NCBI GenBank assembly: GCA_049840735.1 | Contig: JASGJN010000026.1 | Coordinates: forward strand, 32,001 to 96,000 | Direction: 5' to 3' | From: Anaeromyxobacter sp. | GTDB lineage: Bacteria > Myxococcota > Myxococcia > Myxococcales > Anaeromyxobacteraceae | Length of the DNA: 64,000 nucleotides | Program-made: the position numbers and the translations under genes | Part shown: piece by piece, positions 1 to 12,415 of the stretch | Layout of the letters: each line of letters opens with the position of its first letter | Numbering within the stretch: the stretch's first letter is position 1 | Notes under the pieces: generated by a model | The model's input: the letters and a program-made list of their open reading frames with translations, nothing else | Database searches by the model: none | Told to the model about the DNA's origin: nothing

Positions 1-1414
<1,414 letters not shown>

Positions 1415-1418
<4 letters not shown>

Positions 1419-2551
1419 GCGGCGGCCCGCGCGGCTACCACCAGCGCGGCCGGATCGGCCGCCTCGACCGCGCGGGCGTGCTCAAGCGCCACGCGCAGGG
1501 CCGGGCCGGCCGAGAGCCGGGTGCCGGCCAGCGCGCCCACCAGCGCCCCGGCCGCCACGGTGGGCGCGTCCACGCCCGCCGCGCCCAGCCCCACCCCGGC
1601 CAGCACCAGCGCGCCCAGCGCCGCGGCCCGGGCGGCGTCGGTGCGCAGCGCCCAGGTGAGCAGCGGGCGGTGGCGCCAGCAGAAGCCGGCCAGCGCCGCG
1701 GTGAGCGCGGCCAGCCCGGCCGCGGCCCCCAGCCCCGGCGCTGGCGCCAGCAGCGCGCCCGCCACCGCGCCGGCCAGCTGCCCGCCCAGGAACAGGACCA
1801 GGGCGCGCCGCCAGCCCAGGATCAGCTCGGCCGCGGTGGTGACCGCCAGCAGCGCCAGGAACTCCGCCGAGGCCTGGGCCGGGCCGCCATGGACCAGCGC
1901 GCCGGTGAGGAGCCGCCAGACCTGCCCGGCCTGCAGGCGCGCCGGATCGCGGACCAGCCAGGCGGCCACCGCGGGCAGGTAGTGGGCGGTGAGCGAGACG
2001 GCCATGGTGGCGCCCACCAGCGCCACGCCCAGCCAGGCCTTGTGCCCCAGCGCCTTCTCGAGGAAGGGGAGTCCGGTCCGGCGGCGCAGCTCGCTCCAGT
2101 CCGGGAAGGGGATGGGCGAGAGGCCGGCCGCGCGGCGGGCGCGCATGAGCCGGAGGTCGCGCCACGCGCCGGGCACCAGGCCGGCCACCAGCGCCAGCAG
2201 CAGCAGCGGGAAGAGCGCCTCGGCGCCGCGGTCGGGGAAGGCCAGCAGCATGCGCAGCAGGAGGTACAGGCCGCCCGGCACCACCGCGCCGGCCAGCGCC
2301 GCCATGTTGCGCAGCCAGGCCAGCGCGGCCCGCTCCTCCTTGACCGGCGCCGGCGCGCCGGGCGGGTCCGGCAGGCGGGCCGCGGCCCGGCGGGCGGCGC
2401 GAGCCGAGGCCAGCGGGCAGCCGGCGAGGAACAGCACCAGCAGCGCGGCCGGCCGCGCGGCGCCCGGGAGCGCGTGGGCGGCCGCGATCAGCAGCGCGAC
2501 GGCCGCGAGCGGGGTCCAGGGGCTGGGCGGGGCCGGGGCGGGTGCGGGCAT
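1415..2551 (-). CDS. Rhomboid-like membrane protein lacking catalytic residues (pseudoprotease)
   Basis: GQVWRLLTGALVHGG rhomboid motif, but GAAAG replaces GASG and VDAPTVAAG replaces VDNAAHAGG; paralogue of the adjacent gene; TACCAT-N6-ATG supports the start at 2551. Confidence 0.75.
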
Positions 2552-2631
2552 GCGACGATGGTACACGGAGAGAGCGGGTTCACGATCGGTCCCGGGTGGC
2601 GCATCCGGGGCCTGGCGGCGCGAAGGATCGT

Positions 2632-3756
2632 TTACGCCTGGTCGGGCGGGCGGGGCGGGGGCTCAGGAGAGGCGACGGCCAGCGCGCGGGCGGCGGCCAG
2701 CGCCTGCCGCAGCGCCGGGCTGGGCTGGAAGAGCAGCCCGCAGACCAGGCCGAAGGCGAAGCCGCCGGCGTGGGCGGCGTTGTCCACGTTCTGCACCATC
2801 ACGCCCAGCAGCGCGGTCATGACCGCCGCCGTGCCGCCGCCGCGCACCAGCCGGTCGCGCACGCCCGGCGGCAGCAGGTCGCGCTGGCGCCAGCCGAACG
2901 TCAGCAGGGCGCCGATGACGGCGGCGATGCCGCCGGAGGCGCCGACCGCCGGGCCCGGGGTGAAGGCCACGCTGGCCAGCGAGGCGGCCACGCCGCCGGC
3001 CAGCATCACGAAGAGCAGGCGCCGGACGCCCAGCAGCAGCTCCGCGGCGCTGCCCACGCTGGAGAGGGCGGAGAGGTTCATGGCCAGGTGGAGGATGCCG
3101 CCGTGCACCAGCATCACCGTCACGAGCCGCCAGACCTCGCCGGCCAGGATGGCCTGGTTGTCCTTCCAGAGCAGGGCCTCGAGCGGCTGGTACAGCCAGG
3201 CCGCCACCGACACGAGCCCGATCACGATCAGCAGCGCGCGCGTGGCGTACGGCTTCCGCGCCAGGACGTCGTCGAGCGCGTGGTCGCCGGTGGTGCTGAC
3301 CCGCGCCGGTCCGACCGGAAGGAGCCCCTGGGCGCGCGCCTCGCGCAGCAGCCGGAGCCGGCGCCACTGGACGGGGAGCGGGAAGTAGAAGAGGAGGGCG
3401 AAGAGGAAGACCGCGAGCATGGGGTTGAACCGCGCATGGGCGGGGACCTCCAGCAGCGTATGGACCACGATCGCCGCCAGCGGTCCGGCCATCAAGGCGT
3501 CGAAGACGACCAGCGCGCGGACGGTGCGCAGCGTGTTGCGCTCCTCCTTCGAGGGCTCGGGGGCGCCGGGCGGCATCTCCAGCGCCTGCAGCTTGCGGCG
3601 CAGCGCGAAGAGGCTGGCGGGGACGCAGGCCAGGCCGAGCGCCACGGTGAGCAGGATGCGCGGGACCTCCGGCAGGACCTGCGCGGCGAGCGCCAGCCCC
3701 GCCACGCCCAGCAGCGGCCCCCAGGCTCCGCCCCCACTTCCCCGTGCCTCGCGCAT
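2632..3756 (-). CDS. Rhomboid family intramembrane serine protease with N-terminal TM extension
   Basis: GEVWRLVT, HGGILHLAMN, catalytic GASG and AHAGG motifs. Confidence 0.9.
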   Translation of the reverse strand: MREARGSGGGAWGPLLGVAGLALAAQVLPEVPRILLTVALGLACVPASLFALRRKLQALEMPPGAPEPSKEERNTLRTVRALVVFDALMAGPLAAIVVHTLLEVPAHARFNPMLAVFLFALLFYFPLPVQWRRLRLLREARAQGLLPVGPARVSTTGDHALDDVLARKPYATRALLIVIGLVSVAAWLYQPLEALLWKDNQAILAGEVWRLVTVMLVHGGILHLAMNLSALSSVGSAAELLLGVRRLLFVMLAGGVAASLASVAFTPGPAVGASGGIAAVIGALLTFGWRQRDLLPPGVRDRLVRGGGTAAVMTALLGVMVQNVDNAAHAGGFAFGLVCGLLFQPSPALRQALAAARALAVASPEPPPRPPDQA

Positions 3757-3807
3757 CGCCCGATGCTACCTCTGGCGCCCGGGCCCCGCTCCGCGTATTT
3801 GAGGGGC

Positions 3808-4665
3808 ATGTCCCGCCAGCCCCCCGCGCGGCTGCTCGCCGCGGCCCTCGCCCTCGCCACCATGACCACTGCCTGCAAGAAGGACCCGCCCGACCCCGCC
3901 TTCGCCGCGGAGTGGAAGACCTGGCACGACGCGCGCGAGCAGCGGCTCCGCAGGCCGCAGGGCTGGCTGGCGCTGGTCGGGCTCCACTGGCTGAAGGACG
4001 GCGAGAACCGGGTGGAGGGGCTGCCGGGGACGTTCGTGCTGAAGGACGGCCAGGTCACGCTGCGGGCGGCCGCCGCCGACGGCTACACGCTGGAGGGCGC
4101 GCAGGTCACCGAGCGGCAGCTGGCGCCGGACGCCGCCGACAAGCCGGACCGGCTGACGGTCGGGAGCAAGGCGGTCGAGGCGCTGGTCCGCGGCGATCAG
4201 TACGCGCTCCGCGTCTGGGACGCGCAGAGCCCCATCCTCGCCGCGTTCCACGGCATCGAGGCCTACCCGGCCGACCCGCGCTGGAGGCTGGAGGCGCGCT
4301 GGGAGGCGTACGCGACGCCGCGCGAGGTGGAGGTCCCCTCCGCCGCCGGTCCGGCGTCCAGGGCCTTCGCGCCCGGCCGCGCCCACTTCACGGTGGACGG
4401 CCAGGAGGTGACGCTGGAGCCGACGCAGGACGGCGACGAGCTCTGGTTCGTCTTCAAGGACGCGACCGCGCCGGCCGAGACCTACGGCGCCGGCCGCTTC
4501 CTCTACGCGGGCGCGCCGAAGGACGGGAAGGTGGTGCTGGACTTCAACCGCGCCTACAACCCGCCCTGTGCGTTCACGCCCTACGCCACCTGCCCGCTGC
4601 CGCTGCCGCAGAACGTCCTGAAGGTCCGGATCGAGGCGGGCGAGAAGAAGTACGGGGAGCACTAG
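3808..4665 (+). CDS. DUF1684 domain-containing (lipo)protein
   Basis: GWLALVGLHWL, FKDAT..ETYGAGRFL, LDFNRAYNPPCAFTPYATCPLP; signal peptide ending TTAC. Confidence 0.9.
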   Translation: MSRQPPARLLAAALALATMTTACKKDPPDPAFAAEWKTWHDAREQRLRRPQGWLALVGLHWLKDGENRVEGLPGTFVLKDGQVTLRAAAADGYTLEGAQVTERQLAPDAADKPDRLTVGSKAVEALVRGDQYALRVWDAQSPILAAFHGIEAYPADPRWRLEARWEAYATPREVEVPSAAGPASRAFAPGRAHFTVDGQEVTLEPTQDGDELWFVFKDATAPAETYGAGRFLYAGAPKDGKVVLDFNRAYNPPCAFTPYATCPLPLPQNVLKVRIEAGEKKYGEH

Positions 4666-4889
4666 AACGGGGGCTGCGCCCCCGCCCCGCCGGCAAAGCC
4701 GTCGGGGCCCCACCCCTGCTACGGCGGAGCCGAGCGCGCTGCGGCCTGCCGGCCTTACGCGCTATCCGCCGCGGAGGGGCTTCGCCCCTCCCCCCTGCTT
4801 CGCAGGGGCCCCCCGCCCCAGCGCATGGTGCGAGCTCTCACCTTGCGCTGGCGCAGGGCGCGCGCGCCCGTCTCGGGTAGCATCGCGGG

Positions 4890-6728
4890 ATGCCCGCTTC
4901 GTCCGCGTCCGACCTCCGGCTCTCCTTCGTGAAGGCGCTGGTCCTCCCCGCGCTCACCTTCCTGCTGGTCCCGCTGCTCGCCATCGGCTTCGTCCGCTAC
5001 GGCGAGGGCCAGCTGGACGACAGCATCCAGGCCTCGATCGTCGCCTCGCTCGCGGCGGACCGCTCGCTGGCGCCGGAGGAGCGGGCGGCGATCGGCGACT
5101 TCTACGCCCAGCACCCGGCCTCGGCCGCCTGCCGCGACGGCGCGGGCGACCCGCGCCTGGAGCGGCTGCGCGAGGTCACCTGCAAGCCCCTCGAGGACGT
5201 GTGGCAGTTCGTGGCCGCCGAGCGGCTGGCGATGGCCGCCGCGGCGCTGGGCGTGGCGGCGCTGCTGGGGGCCGGGCTGCTGGGCCTGGTCGCCTTCTGG
5301 AGCCGGCGCGCCCAGTACTGGAGCTTCATGCTGGGCTGGCGCAGCCTCCAGATCGTCACCGCGCTGGAGACCGTGGCGCAGGGCGCGCTGCTGGTGTGGC
5401 TGTCGTACTGGGTGACGGCGCTCCTCTTCGAGCGCTACTTCCCGAAGCTCATCCTGATCATGGCCATCGTGGCCGGCCTGGCGGTGCTGGCGATCGTCCT
5501 GGCGCTCTTCAAGAAGGTGCCGCCGCCCGAGCCGCTGGAGGGCGAGCGAATCGAGGAGGCCCAGGCGCCCGGCCTGTGGCGCCGGCTGCGCGAGCTGGCG
5601 GCGCGGGTGGGCACCACGCCGCCGGACACGCTGGTGGGCGGCATCGACGACAACTTCTTCGTCACCGAGCAGCCGCTGGAGCTGGTGGGCGGCGGCACCA
5701 CCGGGCGCCGGGTCCTCTTCGTCAGCCTGCCGCTGCTCCGCATCCTCGACGCCAGCGAGGCGGACGCGGTGTTCGGCCACGAGCTGGCCCACCTGCGCGG
5801 CGGCGACACGGCGGCCTCGGCGCGCCTCTACCCGGCGCTGGTCCGGTACGCCGGCTACCAGCAGGCGCTGGCGGAGGGCGGCCTGACGGTGCCGGCGGCG
5901 ATGGTGATGCGCCTCTACCGCGCCATCTTCGAGCTGGCGGTGAAGCGCGACCAGCGGCGGCGCGAGCTGCTGGCCGACGCGGAGGCGGTGCGGGTGACCA
6001 GCCCGGACGACCTGGGCCGCTCGCTGCTCAAGATCACCGGCTACTCCAGCTTCCGCGCCGAGACGGAGCGGGCGCTGTTCGAGCAGCGGGCGGTGCACGA
6101 GGGCGCGCTGGCGCTGGGCGGCCGCATCGACCAGGGGCTCGGGGCCCACGCGGCCTCGGAGGGGTTCCAGGAGACGGTGCGGACGCAGCGCATCCCGCAC
6201 CCGTTCGACTCGCACCCGCCGCTGGAGGACCGGCTGGCGGCGGCGGGCGCGCGGGTGGCGGTGGCCGACGCGGCCGGCCTGCTGCAGCAGCGCCCGGCGG
6301 CGACCTGGCTGGACGAGGTGCCGGTGGCCCCGGAGATCGAGGCCCGGCTCTGGGACGCCTACGAGGCGCGCTTCAAGGCGGTCCACGAGGAGAGCCTGGC
6401 CTGGCGGTACCTGCCGGCCACGGCGGAGGAGCAGGCGCTGGTGGAGCGCTACTTCCCGGCCCGCGCCTTCCCGGCCAAGGAGGGCGAGGTGCGGCTGACC
6501 TGGGAGGCGCTGACCGGTCCGGACGGCGCCGCGGTGCTGCTGGCCGGGATCGAGAAGGCCAAGGTGGAGGACGGCACCTTCAGCAAGCGGCTGGAGCTGC
6601 AGCTGCGGGACGGCGGCAAGTTCAAGCTGGACCTCAAGCCGCTGGGCGACGCGCAGAAGGAGTTCCTGGCCGCCTTCGGCCGCTACTGGCAGCGCGCCCA
6701 AGCGGTGCGGGCGCAGCGGGCGGCCTGA
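4890..6728 (+). CDS. M48 (HtpX-like) membrane Zn metalloprotease
   Basis: Several TM helices, HELAH zinc motif, ELLAD, SHPPLEDRL. Confidence 0.85.
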   Translation: MPASSASDLRLSFVKALVLPALTFLLVPLLAIGFVRYGEGQLDDSIQASIVASLAADRSLAPEERAAIGDFYAQHPASAACRDGAGDPRLERLREVTCKPLEDVWQFVAAERLAMAAAALGVAALLGAGLLGLVAFWSRRAQYWSFMLGWRSLQIVTALETVAQGALLVWLSYWVTALLFERYFPKLILIMAIVAGLAVLAIVLALFKKVPPPEPLEGERIEEAQAPGLWRRLRELAARVGTTPPDTLVGGIDDNFFVTEQPLELVGGGTTGRRVLFVSLPLLRILDASEADAVFGHELAHLRGGDTAASARLYPALVRYAGYQQALAEGGLTVPAAMVMRLYRAIFELAVKRDQRRRELLADAEAVRVTSPDDLGRSLLKITGYSSFRAETERALFEQRAVHEGALALGGRIDQGLGAHAASEGFQETVRTQRIPHPFDSHPPLEDRLAAAGARVAVADAAGLLQQRPAATWLDEVPVAPEIEARLWDAYEARFKAVHEESLAWRYLPATAEEQALVERYFPARAFPAKEGEVRLTWEALTGPDGAAVLLAGIEKAKVEDGTFSKRLELQLRDGGKFKLDLKPLGDAQKEFLAAFGRYWQRAQAVRAQRAA

Positions 6729-6757
6729 GCGTCACACCGACCGCCGGGCCTCGTCAG

Positions 6758-7528
6758 ATGGCGCAAATGATCCGCGCCCACTGCCCGCTCGCCCTGCTCC
6801 TGGTGCTCACCGCCTGCGGCGCCGGCGGCTCCGGTGGCACCACCGATCCGGTGGAGCCGCCGGTGATCCCGCCCTGGCTCGACACCGGGCCGCGGATCCT
6901 GCCGCTGGGCGACTCCATCACCGAGGGCTGGCCGTCCACGCGCGGCGGGTTCCGGGAGGCGCTCTACGATCGCTTCCTGGAGCGCGACCAGGCGGTGGAC
7001 TTCGTGGGCACGCTCGACCTCCACTCCGACGGCCTGGCCGATCGGCAGCACGAGGGTCACGCGGGCTGGACCTGCGCGGACCTGGAGGGGGGCGCGCCGG
7101 AGTGGCTCGCGCTCACCGACCCGGACGCCGTCCTCCTGCTCTGCGGCACCAACGACCTCTGGCACGCGGGCACGGGTCGCTCCATCGCCACCGCCGTGGA
7201 GGCGCTGGTGGCCCGCGTCCGCGCCGAGGCGCCGGAGGCGCACGTGCTGGTGGGGACCATCCCGCCCATCCGCTACGACTTCCCCGCCTTCGACGACACC
7301 GTCCGCGCCGCCAACACGCTGCTCCGCGCCGAGATCCCGGCGCTGGAGGACGACCACGTCCACCTGGTGGACCTGGCCGCGAGGCTCAGCCTGCGAGACG
7401 TCGCGGGCGACCTGATCCACCTCGACCCGCGGGGCCACGGCAACCAGGCCGTGGCCGACGCCTGGCTGGCCGGGCTGGACGGGATCCCGGGGCTGCTGGC
7501 GCCGCCTGCGACCATCGCGGCGCGCTGA
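6758..7528 (+). CDS. SGNH/GDSL hydrolase lipoprotein
   Basis: LTAC lipobox, ILPLGDSIT, HEGHAGW, GTND, DLIH; start at 6758 or 6767. Confidence 0.85.
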   Translation: MAQMIRAHCPLALLLVLTACGAGGSGGTTDPVEPPVIPPWLDTGPRILPLGDSITEGWPSTRGGFREALYDRFLERDQAVDFVGTLDLHSDGLADRQHEGHAGWTCADLEGGAPEWLALTDPDAVLLLCGTNDLWHAGTGRSIATAVEALVARVRAEAPEAHVLVGTIPPIRYDFPAFDDTVRAANTLLRAEIPALEDDHVHLVDLAARLSLRDVAGDLIHLDPRGHGNQAVADAWLAGLDGIPGLLAPPATIAAR

Positions 7529-7556
7529 GCGGGCCCGGCTGCATTACAGTCCTCCC

Positions 7557-8753
7557 GTGCCCCACACCCCGTTCGACTTCGACCACCCGCCCGACCGCCG
7601 CAGCAGCGACTCCTTCAAGTGGCAGCGCTACGGCGCGCGCGACGTCCTCCCGCTCTGGGTGGCGGACATGGACTTCGCGGTGGCGCCGGGGATTGTGGAG
7701 GCGCTGCAGCGGCGGGTGGCGCACGGGGTCTTCGGCTACGCGGCAGCCCCGAGCTCGCTGGTGGAGGCGACCTGCGCGCACCTGCAGGCCGAGTACGGCT
7801 GGACCGTCGACCCGGGCTGGCTGGTCTGGCTGCCGGGGCTGGTCTCGGGGCTCAACGTCACCTGCCGCGCGGTGGAGGGCGGCGCGGTGACGGCGACGCC
7901 GATCTACCCGCCCTTCCTCTCGGCCCCGAAGCAGCTGGCCACGGTGCCGCTGCGGCGCGGCCCGCTCCGCTGGGAGTGGGACCTCCCGGCGCTGGAGGCG
8001 GCGCTCACGCCGGAGACGAAGCTGCTGCTGCTCTGCCACCCGCACAACCCGGTGGGCCGGGCCTGGGACGAGGACGAGCTGCGGGCGCTGGACGCGCTCT
8101 GCGAGCGGCGCGGGCTCACGGTCTGCTCGGACGAGATCCACTGCGGGCTGGTGCTGGACGAGGGGCGCCGCCACCGGCCCTACGCGGCGCTGTCGCCGGA
8201 GGCGGCGCGGCGAACCATCACGCTGATGGCGCCCTCCAAGACCTTCAACCTGCCGGGCCTGGGCTGCGCGTTCGCGGTGATCCCGGACCCGGGGCTCCGC
8301 CGCCGCTTCAAGCAGGCCATGGAGGGGATCGTCCCGCACGTCAACCTGCTGGGCTACGTGGCCTGCGAGGCGGCCTTCCGCCACGGCGGCCCCTGGCGCC
8401 AGGCGCTCCTCGCGTACCTGCGCGGCAACCGCGACCGGATCCAGGCCTTCGTGGCCAGCCAGCCGGCGCTTCGGACCACGCCGGTCGAGGCCACCTACCT
8501 GGCCTGGATCGACGCGAGCGCCACCGGCTGGGCCCGGCCGGACAGGGAGCTGGAGGCCGCCGGCGTGGGCCTCTCTGCCGGCCACGACTTCGGCCGCGGC
8601 GGGCTCTACGACGGCTTCGTGCGGCTCAACTTCGGCTGCTCGCGGGCGCTCCTCGACGAGGCGCTGGCGCGGATCCAGCGGTTACTGGAGACGATCCGCT
8701 CGCGCTCGATCCGCGGCGGGTCGCCTACGACACCCCGGCCCCGTTCGGCCTGA
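7557..8753 (+). CDS. MalY/PatB family PLP-dependent cystathionine beta-lyase
   Basis: LPLWVADMDF, HNPVGR, SDEIH, APSKTFNLPG, RLNFGC; the stop codon lies inside a REP copy. Confidence 0.92.
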   Translation: MPHTPFDFDHPPDRRSSDSFKWQRYGARDVLPLWVADMDFAVAPGIVEALQRRVAHGVFGYAAAPSSLVEATCAHLQAEYGWTVDPGWLVWLPGLVSGLNVTCRAVEGGAVTATPIYPPFLSAPKQLATVPLRRGPLRWEWDLPALEAALTPETKLLLLCHPHNPVGRAWDEDELRALDALCERRGLTVCSDEIHCGLVLDEGRRHRPYAALSPEAARRTITLMAPSKTFNLPGLGCAFAVIPDPGLRRRFKQAMEGIVPHVNLLGYVACEAAFRHGGPWRQALLAYLRGNRDRIQAFVASQPALRTTPVEATYLAWIDASATGWARPDRELEAAGVGLSAGHDFGRGGLYDGFVRLNFGCSRALLDEALARIQRLLETIRSRSIRGGSPTTPRPRSA

Positions 8754-10120
8754 GCGTAGCGAGCCCGCAGGGCTCGCGAATTCGAAGGCCAGGGATCGCG
8801 AGCCCCCCGCTCGCCCTGAGCCTGTCGAAGGGCGAGCGGGATCGATTGTGGCCACGCTGGGCGTCGTCCCTGCGCGCCTCCGGAACGGCCGCTTCGCTCG
8901 GACTTGCTGCGGCCCGGCTGTTCGTGGCGCTCCGCGCGCGTGCCGGACTCCGTGTCATCGCGAGCCGGGCACAACGCAGGCCCCTCGCCGACCAGCGAGC
9001 GGTCCACTCCCGCGCCGTGTTCGAAGGTGGCGGTCGGCGAGGGGCCTTTGGACGGGTGCCCGGCTCGCACCGCTGGACGCGTGCCGCGCGCGTACCTGGT
9101 CAGCGTGTGATGCGGGCCTCCGCGAGAGTCCTCGCTTCGCGGCCGTCCTGCGGCGCTCCGTGACTTGCGGCAGCGTTCGCTCCGCGGGCGAGTCCTACGT
9201 CACCGCGGCCCCGTTCGGCCTGAGCGTAGGGGCTGCGCCAGCAGCCCCGGAGTCGAAGGCCAGGACTCGCTCGATTGCCACGCTCGGTGTCGTCCCTGCG
9301 CGCCTCCGGAGCGGCCGCTTCGCTCGGACTTGCTGCGGCCCGGCCACTCGGGGTGCTCCGCGCGCGAACCGGACTCCGTGTCATCGCTCGCCGGGCACAA
9401 CGCAGGCCCCTCGCCGACCAGTGAGCGGTCCACTCCCGCGCCGTGGTCGAAGGTGGCGGTCGGCGAGGGGCCTTTGGACGGGTGCCCGGCTCGCACCGCT
9501 GGACGCGCGCCGCGCGCGTACCTGGGCAGCCGGTGATGCGGGCCTCCGCCAAAGTCCTCGCTTCGCGGCCGTCCTGCGGCGCTCCGGGACTTGCTGCGGC
9601 TTTCGCGGCGCGGGCGAGTCCTTCGTCACCCCGGCCCCGTTCGGCCTGAGCGTAGGGGCTGCGCCAGCAGCCCCGGAGTCGAAGGCCAGGACTCGCTCGA
9701 TTGCCACGCTCGGTGTCGTCCCTCCGCGCCTCCGGAGCGGCCGCTTCGCTCGGACTTGCTGCGGCCCGGCCACTCGGGGTGCTCCGCGCGCGAACCGAAC
9801 TCCGTGTCATCGCTCGCCGGGCACAACGCAGGCCCCTCGCCGACCAGCGAGCGGTCCACTCCCGCGCCGTGGTCGAAGGTGGCGGTCGGCGAGGGGCCTT
9901 TGGACGGGTGCCCGGCTCGCACCGCTGGACGCGCGCCGCGCGCGTACCTGGGCAGCCGGTGATGCGGGCCTCCGCCAAAGTCCTCGCTTCGCGGCCGTCC
10001 TGCGGCGCTCCGGGACTTGCTGCGGCTTTCGCGGCGCGGGCGAGTCCTTCGTCACCCCGGCCCTCCCCCGGAGCGCAACGAGCCGGCCCGTTTCCAGGCC
10101 GGCTCGCGGAATCGAAGGAG
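8730..10120. repeat. Tandem array alternating a REP-like palindrome with a ~361-bp rod-like hairpin (3 units; periods 470 and 426 bp)
   Basis: CCGTTCGGCCTGAGCGTAG at 8741, 9211 and 9637, plus a degenerate copy at ~10061; intervening segments are near-identical in units 2 and 3 and more diverged in unit 1. Confidence 0.95.
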
Positions 10121-10133
10121 GAACAGGTCGGCC

Positions 10134-11100
<967 letters not shown>

Positions 11101-11141
11101 GGGCGGCTCCGGTGTTGTGAGGGAGAAGGCGTTCAGGCGTG

Positions 11142-11176
11142 CGTCCGTTATAGCGGACGACCCAGCGAAATGGCAA
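11142..11176 (-). promoter_or_regulatory. Putative sigma70 promoter of cysK with an overlapping inverted repeat
   Basis: Minus strand TTGCCA-N18-TATAAC; CGTCCG-N6-CGGACG palindrome (11142-11159) covers the -10. Confidence 0.5.
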
Positions 11177-11221
11177 CAAGAACGGATGGGGGGCCGCAGA
11201 TCTCCCGCGATCTGGCCAGGT

Positions 11222-12415
11222 TCAGCGGATCTCGCGCAGCTCGACCCGGGAGGCCACCAGCCGCTTCAGGGGCCAGGCGCAGCGCTCGAGGTCGCCCTTC
11301 CAGATCGCGTCGGGCGGGCAGGCCAGGGCGGGGGCGGGCGGGATCACCTCGAAGCGTGTCTGGAAGGCCCACAGCGTCTCGCGCCCCTGCGCCGGGGTGG
11401 GGCCGAGGTTGGCGTCCAGCAGGGCCTGGCGCGCGGCCTGGAGCGCCAGCCGGTCCAGCGCGCGGTGGCCGCTGGGCGAGACGAGCTCGACCCGCTCCAC
11501 CGCGCCGTCGGCGGACTGCACCACGCGGACCAGCGTCTCGGTGTCGCGGTGGAAGGGGTTCTCTCCCTGCTCCATCGAGGTGGGCAGCGGGCCGCTCCCG
11601 CCGGAGGCCGCCGCCGCCATCCGCCCGATCACGTCGCCGGCCTCGCCGCTGGTGTCGCCGTCCAGCCCGGGCCGGTCGGTGGGGGCGCGGATGCGGCCGT
11701 AGCGCTGCGCCTCCTCCAGGTAGCTCCCCACCGTCCGCCCCAGCCGCGTGCTGGCGCCGCCGGCCTCCTTCGGCCCGGCGTCCAGCGCGCTCCAGTCCGG
11801 CTTGAAGCTGGCCGTCATCCGCTCGCGCAGCGGCGTCCAGTAGCCGTCCGGCACCTGCGCCCGCGCCACGGCCGCGGCCTGGTCGAGCGTGCCCTGCACC
11901 CGCGCCTGCGCGCCCTCGCCTCCGGCGCCGCCCCCCGCGGCGCCGCCGGGGCCACCGCCGCCGGCCAGGCGGCGCCCCAGGCCGCCGCTGCCGGCGAGGT
12001 CGCCCAGCCTGGGCCCGCTCGGACCACCTGGGCCCTGCGCAGGCGCGAGCCCTTCGGAGGCGAGCCACTCGGACGAGCCGCGCTCCGGCGTGGTGGGGCC
12101 CGGCGGCGCCGACGGCGCGGCTCCGGGCGTGACCGGGCCGGGCGAGGCCGTGGTCGTCGCGGGCGGCGGGGCCGGTTGGAGAGGCGGAGGCTGGCGCGCC
12201 GGAGGCGACGGCGGCGCAGGGACGGCCGGCGCGGCCGGAGCGGGCGGGGGCGGCAGCGGGCGCAGCGCGACGGTGAGCCGGTCCATCGGCCTCGGTGGCG
12301 CCGGGCGCGGGCCGGGCAGCAGCCACCACGCGAGCAGCAGCGCCGCCCCGTGCAGCAGCACGGAGACGCCGAAGCCGGCCCAGGCGGCCGCGCGCTCGCG
12401 CCGGCGCGTCGTCAA
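11222..12415 (-). CDS. TonB C-terminal-domain protein (TM anchor, Pro-rich linker)
   Basis: SVLLHGAALL TM helix, long Pro/Ala/Gly linker, DGAVERVELVSPSGHRALDRLALQAAR TonB-C-like motif; TTG start overlaps the LysR stop. Confidence 0.7.
   Translation of the reverse strand: MTTRRRERAAAWAGFGVSVLLHGAALLLAWWLLPGPRPAPPRPMDRLTVALRPLPPPPAPAAPAVPAPPSPPARQPPPLQPAPPPATTTASPGPVTPGAAPSAPPGPTTPERGSSEWLASEGLAPAQGPGGPSGPRLGDLAGSGGLGRRLAGGGGPGGAAGGGAGGEGAQARVQGTLDQAAAVARAQVPDGYWTPLRERMTASFKPDWSALDAGPKEAGGASTRLGRTVGSYLEEAQRYGRIRAPTDRPGLDGDTSGEAGDVIGRMAAAASGGSGPLPTSMEQGENPFHRDTETLVRVVQSADGAVERVELVSPSGHRALDRLALQAARQALLDANLGPTPAQGRETLWAFQTRFEVIPPAPALACPPDAIWKGDLERCAWPLKRLVASRVELREIR

Noticed and set aside
8741..10120. 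Hammerhead ribozyme / retrozyme in the tandem rod array
   Set aside because: CTGAGCGTA...GTCGAAG only superficially resembles CUGANGA...GAAA; the conserved core and three-stem geometry are absent
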